Shown piece after piece: positions 25,584 to 38,395 of a DNA stretch of 64,000 nucleotides. The translations under genes were made by a program, and so were the position numbers. The first letter of the stretch is position 1. The number at the start of each line of letters is the position of its first letter. The notes below the pieces were generated by a model, which searched no databases, had not been told where the DNA came from, and worked only from the letters and a program-made list of their open reading frames with translations. The DNA is from Octopus sinensis (lineage: Eukaryota): contig NC_043018.1 of the NCBI RefSeq assembly GCF_006345805.1, positions 11,036,001-11,100,000 of the forward strand. Direction: 5' to 3'.

Positions 25584-26359
25584 TATATATATATATATAT
25601 ATATATAAATGAATGCGCTCTATCATGTATATATATTTATATATATGTGTGTATGTATGTATGTATGTATGTATATACATGATAGGGTGCATTCATCAAT
25701 AAAACCGCATTCTTTGAAAGTACATTAGAGAAATAGCAAATTGATTGGAGGCTTGCAAGTAGGCATCAAACACAACGAAAACCATATTCGTCGAAAATTA
25801 TCCGTATAAATATACATTGAAAGAAAACAGAGAAATAGTCAAAAATTACTGTTGTTTAATTATTTGGAGCTATATGAAAAGAAGAAATTATAAACTTTAA
25901 ATGAAAAACGAAATATATTATCAATTTATTTTCTGTTTTTTTTTTTGTATTCTTTGAGAAAATAAATATCAATGGAAGTATATCGAAATATATTTCCGAG
26001 TAAATTTCTCTTTTTAAAAAATGAATTATTGTAATTTTAAAATATGAACAAATTATTATATACTTTTTTTAAACAAATATATTTTCAATTTATTTCCAGT
26101 TTATCTGCGTTCTTTCATGAAAAAATATCAGTCAATATATGTCAGTAGAAATACATCAGAATTTATTCTCGACTAATATTTTTTTGATCAACATATTTGT
26201 TACGTTTAAAGTCTAACATAAGAAACGCTAGAATGCTTTCCCATAATTTTCTGTAATAGTTATAAAAGTGGTTTCTGACATTTACACAGAACCATGACAC
26301 TTAACATTTAAGGATGATATATTGTGGATTAAATCAACTTAATATTTTGAGTAGTATTA

Positions 26360-26680
26360 AGGCGGCGAAATGGCAGAGTCCGGTAGCACGCCGGAGAAAA
26401 TGCTCAACCGCATTTCGTCCATCTTAGCGCTCTGAGTTTAAATTTCGCCGAAGACGACTTTGCCTTTCATCCTTTCGGGATCGATAAAATAAGTACCTGT
26501 TGAACATTAAGATCGATGTAATTGACTACCTCCCTTCTTGCTGTGCCAAAATTTGAAATCAATATTCATATGGATACAAGGTGGCAAACTGGCTGAATGT
26601 GTAGCACGTCGGGTCGATGAATCGACAGTCTCCCTCTGCCGCCCCAGATTACTGGCCTTGTGTCAAAATGTGAAACCAAT
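26360..26680 (+). mobile_element. Old SINE A copy plus a partial copy
   Basis: ggcggcgaaatggcagag...gactttgcctttcatcctttcgg. Confidence 0.75.
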
Positions 26681-27139
26681 TATTTGAGTGGCACCTCTGT
26701 GATCGAGTCATGTTAGACAGTGTACAACATAGAGGCATACCTCAACTTATATCGTTTCGAGTTACACTTTTTTTGACTTCATCTGTTTTTCTTTCTTGAA
26801 GAAATTAAATGGAAAAACAAATATCTCAGCGTTAGTCGATATATCCGGTCTCAGCGGAATTTAAAAGCAGAAAACATTAAAAAAAAAATCACCTAAAATA
26901 ATCCAACACTGAATTAACAAAAATCTAATGATATAAGCTTCTAATCATTTATTAAAACATAAGCTAATAAATAGAAAAAAATATTCTTTTCGTGTTACGT
27001 TGTTTTTCGTTGTAAGTCGTCTGGATTGGAACCAGTTACCTACGAAAGCTGATGGATGCCTGTAGAGGGAGCTGCTGGTAAAAACCTAAGGGACATAATT
27101 CAGTGCTGCAGCCTACTCTATTCATCTTTCCCACTGATG

Positions 27140-28015
27140 GACTGATTATATCAGCAAGGAAGCGGACTCAGTGGATGATATGCTGAACCTCTACAGTTCA
27201 CTATAGGTCTTAATAGAATACTTATTTCTTTACTGCCCACAAGGGGCTAAACACAGATGGGACAAACAAGGACAGACAGGCGGATTGAGTCGATTATATC
27301 GACCACAGTGCGTAACTGGTACTTAATTTATCGACCCCGAAAGGATGAAAGGCAAAGTCGACCTCGGCAGAATTTGAACTCAGAGCGTAGTAGCAAACGA
27401 AATACCGCTAAGCATTTCGTCCGAGGTGCTAACGTTTCTGCCAGCTCACCGCCTTTGCCAGCTCACCGCCTTTGCCAGCTCACCGCCTTTGCCAGCTCAC
27501 CGCCTTAATGGAATACCATCCTTGTGAATCTTAGGGAGACCGTTCATGTGTGCTAGTTTACTGTGGTGGTGAGTCAGTTGTCTGTACTTCATTGGTGTAA
27601 AGTGATCTTTGTTCTTGATCAAGATCTGTGACAAATTCCTCTCTGTTTTCAGAATTGGGTCTTTATATGACTTGACAACTTTTCCGAGTAGTCAGGCTTG
27701 TTCATCGGAAAAGTTGGCAAGTCTTATAAGTGATGGTAGCTACAGCAAAGTAAAGACCCAACAAAACAGAGAGGAATTTGTCACAGAGCTTTATCAAGAA
27801 CAAGGATCACTTTACACAAATGAAGTTCAGACAACTGGCTCAACACCACAGTAGACTAGCACACATGTACGGTCTCCCGAAGATTCACAAGATTCATGTC
27901 ATTCACTGAGCCGCTTCCTTGTGGATATAATCCGTCCATTAGTAGGAACATCGTACGTGAAGAATTCCACCCATTTCACAGAATTGATCAAGGATACCCC
28001 CATAAAAAATACTTT
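27140..28015. pseudogene. Penelope-like reverse-transcriptase fragment as a fold-back pair (minus arm ~27140-27690, plus arm ~27705-28015)
   Basis: Plus arm: HMYGLPKIHK and LSRFLVDIIRPLVG-SYVKNSTHF. Minus arm: KDPILKTE...GLPKIHKDGIPLRPIVNCRGS. These are PLE RT motifs. Confidence 0.88.
27222..27504 (-). mobile_element. Young full-length SINE A inserted in the PLE arm, with a 12-bp TSD and a 17-bp x4 repeat at its 5' end
   Basis: TSD ttaatagaatac (27210-27221) / ttaatggaatac (27505-27516); gccagctcaccgccttt repeated at 27440-27506. Confidence 0.92.
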
Positions 28016-28077
28016 GTTTATATTTTTATGAACTCCTCACACACACGCTACTCATTGCGGTTGTAACAGCTGGTCCT

Positions 28078-28391
28078 CCGTCAGTTATGACGACGAGGGT
28101 TCCAGTTGATCCAATAAACAGAACAGCCTGTTCTGGAAATTAACGTGCATGTGGCTGAGAGCTCCACAGACGCATGCACCCTTAACGTAGTTGTCAGTGA
28201 GATTCAGCATGACACAGTGTGTGACAAGGTTGGCCCCTTTGAAATATAGGCACTACTACTTTTTGCCAGCTGGGTGGACTGGAGCAACGTGAAATAAAGT
28301 GACTTTCTCAAAAGACACAACGCGTCGCCAGGAATTGAACTCACGACATTACGATCGCGTGCCGAATACCCTAACCAGTGAGCCACGTGCC
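28078..28391 (-). mobile_element. SINE family D, full length
   Basis: tRNA-like head ggcacgtggctcactggttagg...gagttcaattcctgg; 3' gaaccctcgtcgtc. Confidence 0.88.
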
Positions 28392-28669
28392 CTCACATTG
28401 TAACAACCACATCTAAAAAATACACATCACCAACCAGAAGAATTCAGTGGATAATGAGTAACGCCTGATTGATTCATAAGCAGTCATCTTCCATTAATTA
28501 TTGCGTGCCCAATGTATTAAGATCTTGTCTAATGTTCCCTAATATTTTCTTCTTGTAAGACCCCTGAAATAAGTGAGTGAATCTGAGAAGGGAATATGTA
28601 GAATAAACTGATCCTCCTGTTTTTTCTTTTACCCAAGCCAGGAACTTTTTCAGCATCCTCTCGCATATG

Positions 28670-28738
<69 letters not shown>

Positions 28739-28916
28739 TATATATATATAATAGTTATCGCCATACTAATATGGCATTCTTATAAAAATAAGAATAAAGC
28801 TGTCCGCTTATTAGCTCCATGAGGCCATCGCCTTAAGTTAGCTATTTGATACACAAACTGTATCCATATAACCTTCGAACAAGGGAGGTCAGTCGCTCCA
28901 CACTACTTGACCGGCA

Positions 28917-28958
28917 GCTACAGACGCGTTTCGGGGTATTGCCCCTTTTCAATGCAGC
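28917..28958 (-). ncRNA. Minimal type I hammerhead ribozyme with a compensatory U3:A8 core
   Basis: GCTGCA-TTGAAAA-GGGG(CAATA)CCCC-GAA-ACGCGT-C^TGTAGC: complete stems I and II, palindromic stem III, GUC site. Confidence 0.78.
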
Positions 28959-29026
28959 GTAGCCAGCCAGTAGGTGTCGCTTCCAACAATCTCTGTTTTA
29001 GAGAGACTTAGTAATTTTAATATTTC

Positions 29027-29057
<31 letters not shown>

Positions 29058-29141
29058 TATATATATACAGACTTCACTGAATATACATATATACAATTAC
29101 GAAGTCGAGGCAAATATCACCAGCTGACCGGTGTCTGCTAC

Positions 29142-29186
29142 TCTAGGCCGATGAAGGACAACATCCTGAAACACGGTGTCCCTAGA
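29142..29186 (+). ncRNA. Minimal type I hammerhead ribozyme, U4C core
   Basis: TCTAGG-CCGATGA-AGGA(CAACA)TCCT-GAA-ACACGGTGT-C^CCTAGA; perfect 6-bp stem I, extendable by CTGC/GCAG. Confidence 0.75.
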
Positions 29187-29356
29187 TGCAGTTCTGGCGG
29201 CCGAGGGTGTTTGTCTCCCCTTCGTATATGTATATAAGGACACAGGGAAAAAATGTGTCAAAGCTATCAGGAGTGTTTCGATGCTTCCTAGGGCTATACA
29301 GCTGTGGTGTACCCCCTACTGTCACGTTCTTGTTAGATTGACAGTATAAACCATTC

Positions 29357-29395
<39 letters not shown>

Positions 29396-29520
29396 TGTTA
29401 TATTTCGGAATGGTCAATTTGCCAGTTTAGCCAATAAAAACACACGCACTATATATTTGGTGTACTTTGCTTCAGTGTTATTTATTTTTACATTACATAA
29501 TCTTAATCTTATTTCGGCAG

Positions 29521-29558
29521 AGTTCTTTCGTCACACTCCTGTGACCGCATCAGTGGTC
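29521..29558 (-). ncRNA. Degenerate hammerhead-like motif
   Basis: CTGATGC-G-GTCAC(AGGAGT)GTGAC-GAAA; A9 substituted, no valid cleavage triplet seen. Confidence 0.35.
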
Positions 29559-29646
29559 CTTTGTTTTCTTCTTTCTTATTTGTGTCTCTCCTTACTAACC
29601 GTCAGCCATTTTGTATTTCTATTGTATGTCTTCATTTGCGCATGCT

Positions 29647-29732
<86 letters not shown>

Positions 29733-29962
29733 TGTGGTGTGGGTGTGTGAGTGTAGATATAATCCCATACATGTTTTCTGTATGTACATACTTTGCAACT
29801 CCGAACTTGTAATGAAACATGTGTAACAGGAAATTGAAATTACACCAATTTTTCCTGTTTTTGTTTTAATATATACTTTCTCTGCAAATATGATTAGTGA
29901 GAACTTTCAACTTGCAGATGTGCTTCACGCGGATACAGTTTGGATAGTAACCCATTACTCTC

Positions 29963-29993
<31 letters not shown>

Positions 29994-30190
29994 GACAGAC
30001 ACACACTCACACACATTCACACACATATACAAATATTTGTATATATGTGTGTATATATGTATATATTCATCTCTTTCTTCTCTCTCTATCTATCTGCCTG
30101 TTTGTCTGACTGTCCATCTATCTATCTGCCCGTCGTTCCATCGTTCTGTCCATCCATCCACCCGACCACCTATCTATCTGTCTGTCTATG

Positions 30191-30282
<92 letters not shown>

Positions 30283-30306
30283 CATCCATCCATCCATCCA
30301 TCCATC

Positions 30307-30352
<46 letters not shown>

Positions 30353-30441
30353 TGTAGGGTAGTGTCGAGCATGGTAAAACTTGGTAGAACACACACACAT
30401 ACACACTTACACACACTCACTCACACACACACACACTTACA

Positions 30442-30472
<31 letters not shown>

Positions 30473-30940
30473 CAAGGGACATAACTTAGTACGACACTAT
30501 TTCGTTCTCTGCTTTGCGAATCAATCATCACCAATTCACCATTTCTCCTCGTAATCCAAATAAACAAATCGCCAGAAATATTTAATGAATACTAACTAAT
30601 ACTTAATTAACAATTAACCAGAGATACTCCATAAATAACTTAGCGACATTCTGGCGTGTGTATTTATTTGTTGTTTTCTCAAATAATGTTTTCGTTCTAA
30701 ACCAAATATTACAAATCATATTTCATCTGTTAATTCTGATTTATATACAAAAAATTTCTAAATGATAACAATTACAAGTAATTCGAATTGTGAATAAATC
30801 ATTGCCGTATGTTTGCTAAATATATTTCAAGAATTATATATATATAGTTAATCCAAACATGAAAACACAAAGGGAAAATGTGAGGACGTGGAACAATATA
30901 CAGTGTTATTGGACGCTCAGGAAATGAAAGAAAGAAGGAG

Positions 30941-30976
30941 GATTTAACGTTTCGAGCAGAGCTCTTCGTCAGAAAC
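30941..30976 (-). ncRNA. Minimal type I hammerhead motif, canonical core, in unit ~30860-31050
   Basis: GTTT-CTGACGA-A-GAGC(TCT)GCTC-GAAA-CGTT^AAAT. Confidence 0.68.
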
Positions 30977-31079
30977 ATAGGAAAAGGAAAGATCCACAGG
31001 AAAGGAAGACGAAGGAAAAAATCGCCAACGATACACACGCGGTCACATATACATATATATACCAAACGTTTCGATTGAA

Positions 31080-31372
31080 AGTTGCACCTTTTCAAGTAGT
31101 TCTGAACTGCAAGACAACGCACTTGTCCCAGTCGCAGAATGTATACACAAGCTGAACAGCAAAGAATATCGAAATGTGTACGGGAGCAGGGACGTCGCCT
31201 TGCGTTCCACCATTGTCAACCTCATTTTCATCACGCAGTTTTCCGTTAAAGACGACCCGAGCCTTCATGTCTCCGCGCAACACACTGACAAGCAGTGGTG
31301 AGTGATCGACCTTTCTAGGGATTCTTCACAATGCATCTCTGTTAACTGTATCAAAAGCTTTTGTTAAATCAA
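31080..31372 (-). pseudogene. RTE-clade LINE RT fragment
   Basis: DLTKAFDTVNRDAL*R, then MKARVVFNGKL...GTQGDVPAP...IFFA...FRT. Confidence 0.8.
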
Positions 31373-31526
31373 TCAACAAACCAATAAATCAATACACACA
31401 CACACACACACACACACCACACACACACACATATATATATACGTACACATGTATATACATGTATATGTATATGTGTATACATATACATATGTACATATGT
31501 GTTTATGTGTAGGTATATATTTATTT

Positions 31527-31571
<45 letters not shown>

Positions 31572-32232
31572 ATTTATACACACACGTATACACGTATATA
31601 TGCACACACGTGTTGAGCACATAGCACCGAATTTTTTTTCTCGTTTCATTTTGTAATATTGTGCAATGAGACAATCCACTTTGAAGACGCACAAATTCCA
31701 GCCTCACCGAATCTCTGCCTATGATGCGTAGTTTGATAAATGGCTCCGGAGAAGCATTGCCAGAGCGAAACATTTGACGTTTGAAATGCACATAGGTATA
31801 TATATGATATATATACACAAGCACATGTATATATATATATATGTATATATATATATCTATATATATATATATATATAATATATATATAATATATATATTA
31901 TATATATATATATATATATGTTTACACACACATTACACACACACACACACACAATATATATATAATACATAGCGTACATTATATCTATCTATCTATCCGT
32001 TTGTCAGAGCGAGAATTTCAACACACACACAGATACACAGACACACACACCACACACGCACACTATACGCACACACACACACACACACACATGTATGTAT
32101 GTATGTATGTGTGTGTGTGTGTTGTGTGTGTGTATGTTTGACTATATACATATGTCTAACTAGATATATACATACATTTGTTTTTCAGTGTATGTATGTA
32201 TGTATGTATGTATGTATGCATGTATGTATGTA

Positions 32233-32266
<34 letters not shown>

Positions 32267-32277
32267 TCTCTCTCTTC

Positions 32278-32323
<46 letters not shown>

Positions 32324-32400
32324 AATCTCTCTCTCTCTCTTTCTATATATATATATATGTATATATAATATATATATGTGTGTGTGCGTATATATATATG

Positions 32401-32436
<36 letters not shown>

Positions 32437-32463
32437 GTATATATATATATATATGTATATATA

Positions 32464-32535
<72 letters not shown>

Positions 32536-32918
32536 ATATATCTACAGACACACACACAATCTACCAACCTCTGTGTGTGTGTGAACAAAACACAATAAAT
32601 TTGAAATGCCAGGAAATGTTGATTTGATTTCTAATGGAAGATTGATGGCCGTTTCTTGCTGTTTTCGGTTTTAGTTACGGAAAAATATTTCCCTTCTCTC
32701 TTTGTTTTGTTGCCGTTTTGATACAGACCCAGCCCTGATCGAGCATATTTATATCCAGCTGTTTACTAACCTTGACAATCTCGCCCGTGTTCTTTTGTAT
32801 TACTTTATTTTAGGTGCATCTAGGATTACATTATTCAATGTGACTGCCCTTTTGGTTTTACTGTGTCCTATTTTCGTTTGATCTCCAAAGCTTTCTCCTG
32901 ATTTTATTTTTCCTTTGA

Positions 32919-32990
32919 TGTGGCTGTGTGGTAAGAAGTTTGCTTCCCAATCACAGGGTTCGATCCCACTGCGTGGTACCTTGAGCAAGT
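32919..32990 (+). mobile_element. SINE B head fragment
   Basis: tgtggctgtgtggtaagaagtttgcttcccaa...ctgcgtggtaccttgagcaagtg. Confidence 0.75.
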
Positions 32991-33830
32991 GGATCGTGGC
33001 TGACACATCTGTGGTTATCGGAGAGCGACCGATACTTTGGCAGTTTTATTTTTCTGAGCCTGACGAGTAGCGGAAACTGGGCTGGTAGCTGACAACACCA
33101 AGTTGCCGCTGGAGAATGTGTCACAGTATGTGACAGCCTAGATGAGGGAGCATACCGCCACGAAACGGGAAAATTATCATACCATCTGACCTTCAACAGT
33201 TTCCTCGGTCTAACCCCGCTGGCTCAAGCTGAGAAGGGAAGCCTGCGGCGTCTAGACCATGCTTTATGATCTTGTTAAGAGTGGTATGACGCGGAAGGCG
33301 GCCAGTACTATGATGGCAGAACAGTGGGGGGAGGCCGAAAGAATCCACTGGATCTGCAGCGGCATTCATAAGGTTCACAAATCCGGAGGCCATTTGAGCA
33401 GGTGTCAGGGGTGGAAGTCTACAGGGTCGAGAATGGGCGAAGTGCCGAAGGACAAGATGATGATCCCGAATAGCGCTGTTATCGACAGAATCCCTAGATC
33501 AGTGTCAGTATTAGGGATATCAGTTGCAAGCATAGCAAAATAATACATTCGATCCCAATCGCAAGGACGACTAGATTCTAGGGCTTTCTCGACTGAGGAT
33601 GCAAAGGTGTCGGCCACCAGCACCTGGGCTGTTTTCGGGATCTTAAGAGGGATCTTACGAAGACTCCCGAGCCGGGCGATGTTAACCAGTGAGGGTTGGG
33701 CGTCAGGAAGGCATGCCATCTAATGTGAAGGTGTGGTGGGTTGCTCTGAATCGTGGCCGAGAGGAAGGGGTAACTGCGCGTCTCCACACTGAGAACGCAT
33801 TCGAGACCCGTCGTGTCAGGCCGACGCAAG
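32991..33830 (-). pseudogene. CRE-clade non-LTR retrotransposon 3' fragment (zinc knuckle + restriction-like endonuclease)
   Basis: Across frameshifts: GLRICEPYECRC / DPVDSFGL-PLFCHHSTGRLPRHTTLNKIIKHGLDAAGFPSQLEPAGLDRG..RSDGM.IFPFRGG / LI*..T.CDTFS...KY, the CRE-type RH..LN..EP.GL.R.DG.RPDG..W D.T signature. Confidence 0.8.
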
Positions 33831-34147
33831 AGAGATGATGGGATAAATCACATTATGAACAGTTCCTCCCCCTCTTCCAGCTATTTGTGGTGACGCATTT
33901 GCTACAGGGGCGCACAGCCAGAGACAGGAGCATTGTCGCCATTTTATATTTTTGATTTCGCGCATACGCATTGTTTGTTTTCGATTTTGTCGACTACACA
34001 GTATAGTAGGATCAGCTGCGCACCGTCTATGAACCCCCCCACCACCAAAAAAAAAAAAACTCAGGACCATGACTCAATTCACTCTGCCAGAAATTTAGAA
34101 CGAAATGCTGTACAGCTTGGCATTCGCACCGGAAACTCCATTACGAA

Positions 34148-34258
34148 CAGATAGTGAACACACAGAACAACCTTTGGTTTACCGAGTTCCCATAACATGT
34201 ACCGAGAGGGATAAAAATCAAACATCCAGTCAACATCATGGTGTTTGGAGTGATCACT
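34148..34258 (+). pseudogene. Tc1/mariner-superfamily transposase fragment
   Basis: QIVNTQNNLW...VPRGIKIKHPVNIMVFGVIT. Confidence 0.65.
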
Positions 34259-34345
34259 ACATCTGTCAAAATGAGATGTCAGTGTTATTTTCATTTTTGC
34301 TTAATTTAGACGACAATATATTCACTGCACCTTGTATGTGTGTGT

Positions 34346-34389
<44 letters not shown>

Positions 34390-34392
34390 ATA

Positions 34393-34908
<516 letters not shown>

Positions 34909-35696
34909 ATATATGTATATATCATATATATATATATACATACATACATAATCAAATGGAATAATAACGATGGATAATTGTCAGGTCTTTACAGCTGTTT
35001 CTTACATAGCTTTTAATAGAAGAATGAGAACATTACATCATTATAAAAGACCGTAATCATCGGATGAGAAGTAATTTCACAAAAAGAATATCCCAAGAAT
35101 ACAGCAGGAATCCATCTGTCGAGGCCAACCGTGAATGGGATCCCTTAGGTACTAAGTACTCATAGGGCTGGTTTTCTCTCCGTGCACACAACCGAAATAT
35201 CCGATCCAATACTTCGCCCCACACCGATCATAGACCGGAACCACAGAGATTACCCATCCCTACCTGTTGCATACCTTTTCAAATAATTCATTCTATCTGA
35301 ATCCTCATCTAGCAATATATATATATATATACTATATATACATACACACACACACGCGCACACACACACACACATACACACACATATATATATACATATA
35401 TATATATACCACATATATCATATATATATACACACACATATATAATATACATTATATATAATACTATATATACACACATATATATCTACATATAATATAT
35501 ATATACATAATACCCACACACACACACACGCACATATATAATGTATATGCATATATGTATATATATATTATATGTATATATATACATGTATATATATATA
35601 TGTATACTATATATATATATATTAACATATATATATAATATATATAGGTATATAATACATGTATATATATATATGTATGTATATATATATGTAATG

Positions 35697-35727
<31 letters not shown>

Positions 35728-35837
35728 TACATATATATAATATATATATATATATATTATATATATATATAATATATATATATTATATATATATAATATA
35801 TATATAATAATATATATATATATATTATATTATATAT

Positions 35838-36069
35838 TTGCTTCAGTCATTGGACGGTGGTCATGCTAGGGCGCAGCCTTGAAGAAATTTTCTTTAGTCG
35901 AACGAATCGATCCTTATAGATTCTATTTTTGAAAACCTGGTACTTATGTTTTTCGGCCTCTTTTTACCGAACCGCTAATTCACGGGATGTAAAATACACC
36001 TAAACCCGTTGTTAAGAGAGGTCGTCGGGGACAATGTAGACACAAAGATAAATACACATACACATGTAT

Positions 36070-36125
<56 letters not shown>

Positions 36126-36214
36126 CTATATATATTATATATATATATATATATATATCTAACACACATACATACATACATACATACATACATCCATACA
36201 TACATACATAATAT

Positions 36215-36255
<41 letters not shown>

Positions 36256-36898
36256 CTCAAGGAATTCCAACTCTGTCTGTTTTTATATGTTTTATTTATA
36301 TTCTTTATAATATTAATGTAGAATATAGAATATATAGTATAGATAATATATATATAGTAAAATGAAATGAAGTATTGATTGTCTTATTGAATAGATGAAA
36401 TATCGAATATAAAATATTAAGGGAATAGTATACTTTCTTGCATTAAAGCAGTCTTCAAGGTCCCAGGTTGTGACAGGAGTGAGTGTAAGACCCAGGGATC
36501 GAGGTGTTGGAAGAAAGTTAGTTCCAAGCAATCCGCAGTAAATATAAAAGATAACTTTCAGGGACAATTGTGGTTTATTGAGACGGAAGATCGTGGATTT
36601 TTTCGTCTCGAAGTACGATAAACAGAAAAAAGTTCTTTTTATATTTGACGGTAGGCGACCAGAGTTGCCGGGTCTGGGAATAAGAATACAAGAGTTACAG
36701 AACAGAGTAGATGAGATCCGGACTACATATGTTTCGGAAGTGGTAAATATCCAAACAAGGTGAATATATATGACGAGCTTCTTTCGGTTTTCGTCTACAA
36801 AATCCACTCCCATGGCTTTGGTCAACCGGATGCTATAGCAGAAGACAGTTGCCCAAGGTGCCACGCAATGGGACTGAACCCAAAATCAGTAGCTTGAG

Positions 36899-36900
<2 letters not shown>
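35838..36900 (-). mobile_element. Diverged SINE B split by ~750 bp of microsatellite and cargo
   Basis: Tail module ~35838-36020, head module ~36772-36900. Confidence 0.7.
36421..36464 (-). ncRNA. Degenerate hammerhead-like motif ending a probable Penelope-type fragment (~36300-36770)
   Basis: GGGAC-CTTGAAGA-CTGC(TTTAAT)GCAA-GAA-AGTATACT-A^TTCCC; 8-nt palindromic stem III. Confidence 0.45.
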
Positions 36901-36938
<38 letters not shown>

Positions 36939-37068
36939 ACAGACACACACACACACACACACAGACAGACAGACACAGACACAGACACAGACACACAGAC
37001 ACAGACATACAGACACACACAGACACAGACACAAACACACACACACAAATACATACACACAACAACAC

Positions 37069-37118
<50 letters not shown>

Positions 37119-38179
37119 GTATATATATATACACATAGATCTGTGTATCTATATTACGTTCTATCTCTTGGCTTCAAATATACAAACACTATGTCGTAGT
37201 ATATACTGTATAGTTTGCGTACATACATGATATATGTGTGTGTATATATATATACACACACATATATGTGTGTGTGTGTGTGTGTGTAAACAAACTTTCC
37301 GACACAACCCCCCCACCCGCCACCCCCCCACACACCCACTCAAACAAACATTTGTCTGGAACTATTTTCCATACTTTTATGCTTTGTGCTTTTTTAGGAG
37401 AATGTGAAGTGAATGATTTTTTCCCTTTAAGTATTCTGTTTACTTTAGTCACAGTATTTAGTTTTACAGAATGAATGAAATTTTCTAAGGATTGTATACG
37501 AGTGCTCCTTAAGATAAATAATTTTCTAGTTCTCCACTTAAGTGGTGTCTTGTTTAGTTTGTGCTCCATTTACTTTTGCCTCTCTCATAATGTCGTCACT
37601 TTTGCTTGTTCCATGGAGTTTCTTTTTATTTTTATTCCGGATCCTGTCTGTTGTTTGTTCAATTTTGGAACCGTCTTTCTTAGACTTACCATTTTCCTAT
37701 TTGTTTTCTCTCCCTGAAACTTTCGATAGCTAATTCTATTCGATTTGTTTAGCTACCAATTGATATTCTCTTGTGTGTTTTTTTTTTATTGGTTTCAGTT
37801 ATTGGACTTTGAACACGTCGATGCTTTGCCTTCAAGGGTTTAAGTCAATTATGTCGACGACCAGCAGTAAATCTGGTATTCATTTTATCGATCTGTGCTT
37901 ATGGTGTAGCTAAGTCAACAACTATTAAGTTATGTTCATTCAGGGAGAAAACTTGTCTCACACAGAAGCGAAAGAGCTAACCTCACATCCCAAAATAGAA
38001 GAGAGCAGGAAGTGTTCACCATGTGCAAGGCCTACATCACAGTCAAGGACCATAAAACAAATTTGTTCTTCAAACCCCCAAAGTACATTGATTAACCATT
38101 CTTGATATAAATAGAGTTTGATGGCAAGCACATACTTGTTGCAGTTGATTTTAATATAAGAAAAAAAAACTAAGACGTT

Positions 38180-38395
38180 GAGTTGATAGAATCGTTAAGC
38201 AATCCAGACAAAATACTTACCGCCATTTCATCTGTCTTTACGTTCTGCGTTCAAATTCCACCGAGGCTTACTTTGCCTTTCATTTTTCGAGGTCGATAAA
38301 AATAAGCACCAGTTGAGTCCTGGGTTCGATGTAATCGATCTTCTCCATCTCCGAAATTGTTGGCCTTGTGTCAAAATGTTCAAACCAATATTAAA
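38180..38395 (+). mobile_element. Old SINE A
   Basis: gttctgcgttcaaattccaccgagg...gtcgataaaaataagcaccag...ggccttgtgtcaaaatg. Confidence 0.75.

Noticed and set aside
27440-27506. CRISPR-like direct repeats
   Set aside because: 17-bp units are contiguous with no spacers, the DNA is eukaryotic, and no cas genes are present.
36578-36763. KKVLFIFDG as a NACHT Walker B motif
   Set aside because: The following acidic residues are missing, there is no Walker A, and the segment lies nested in a SINE.
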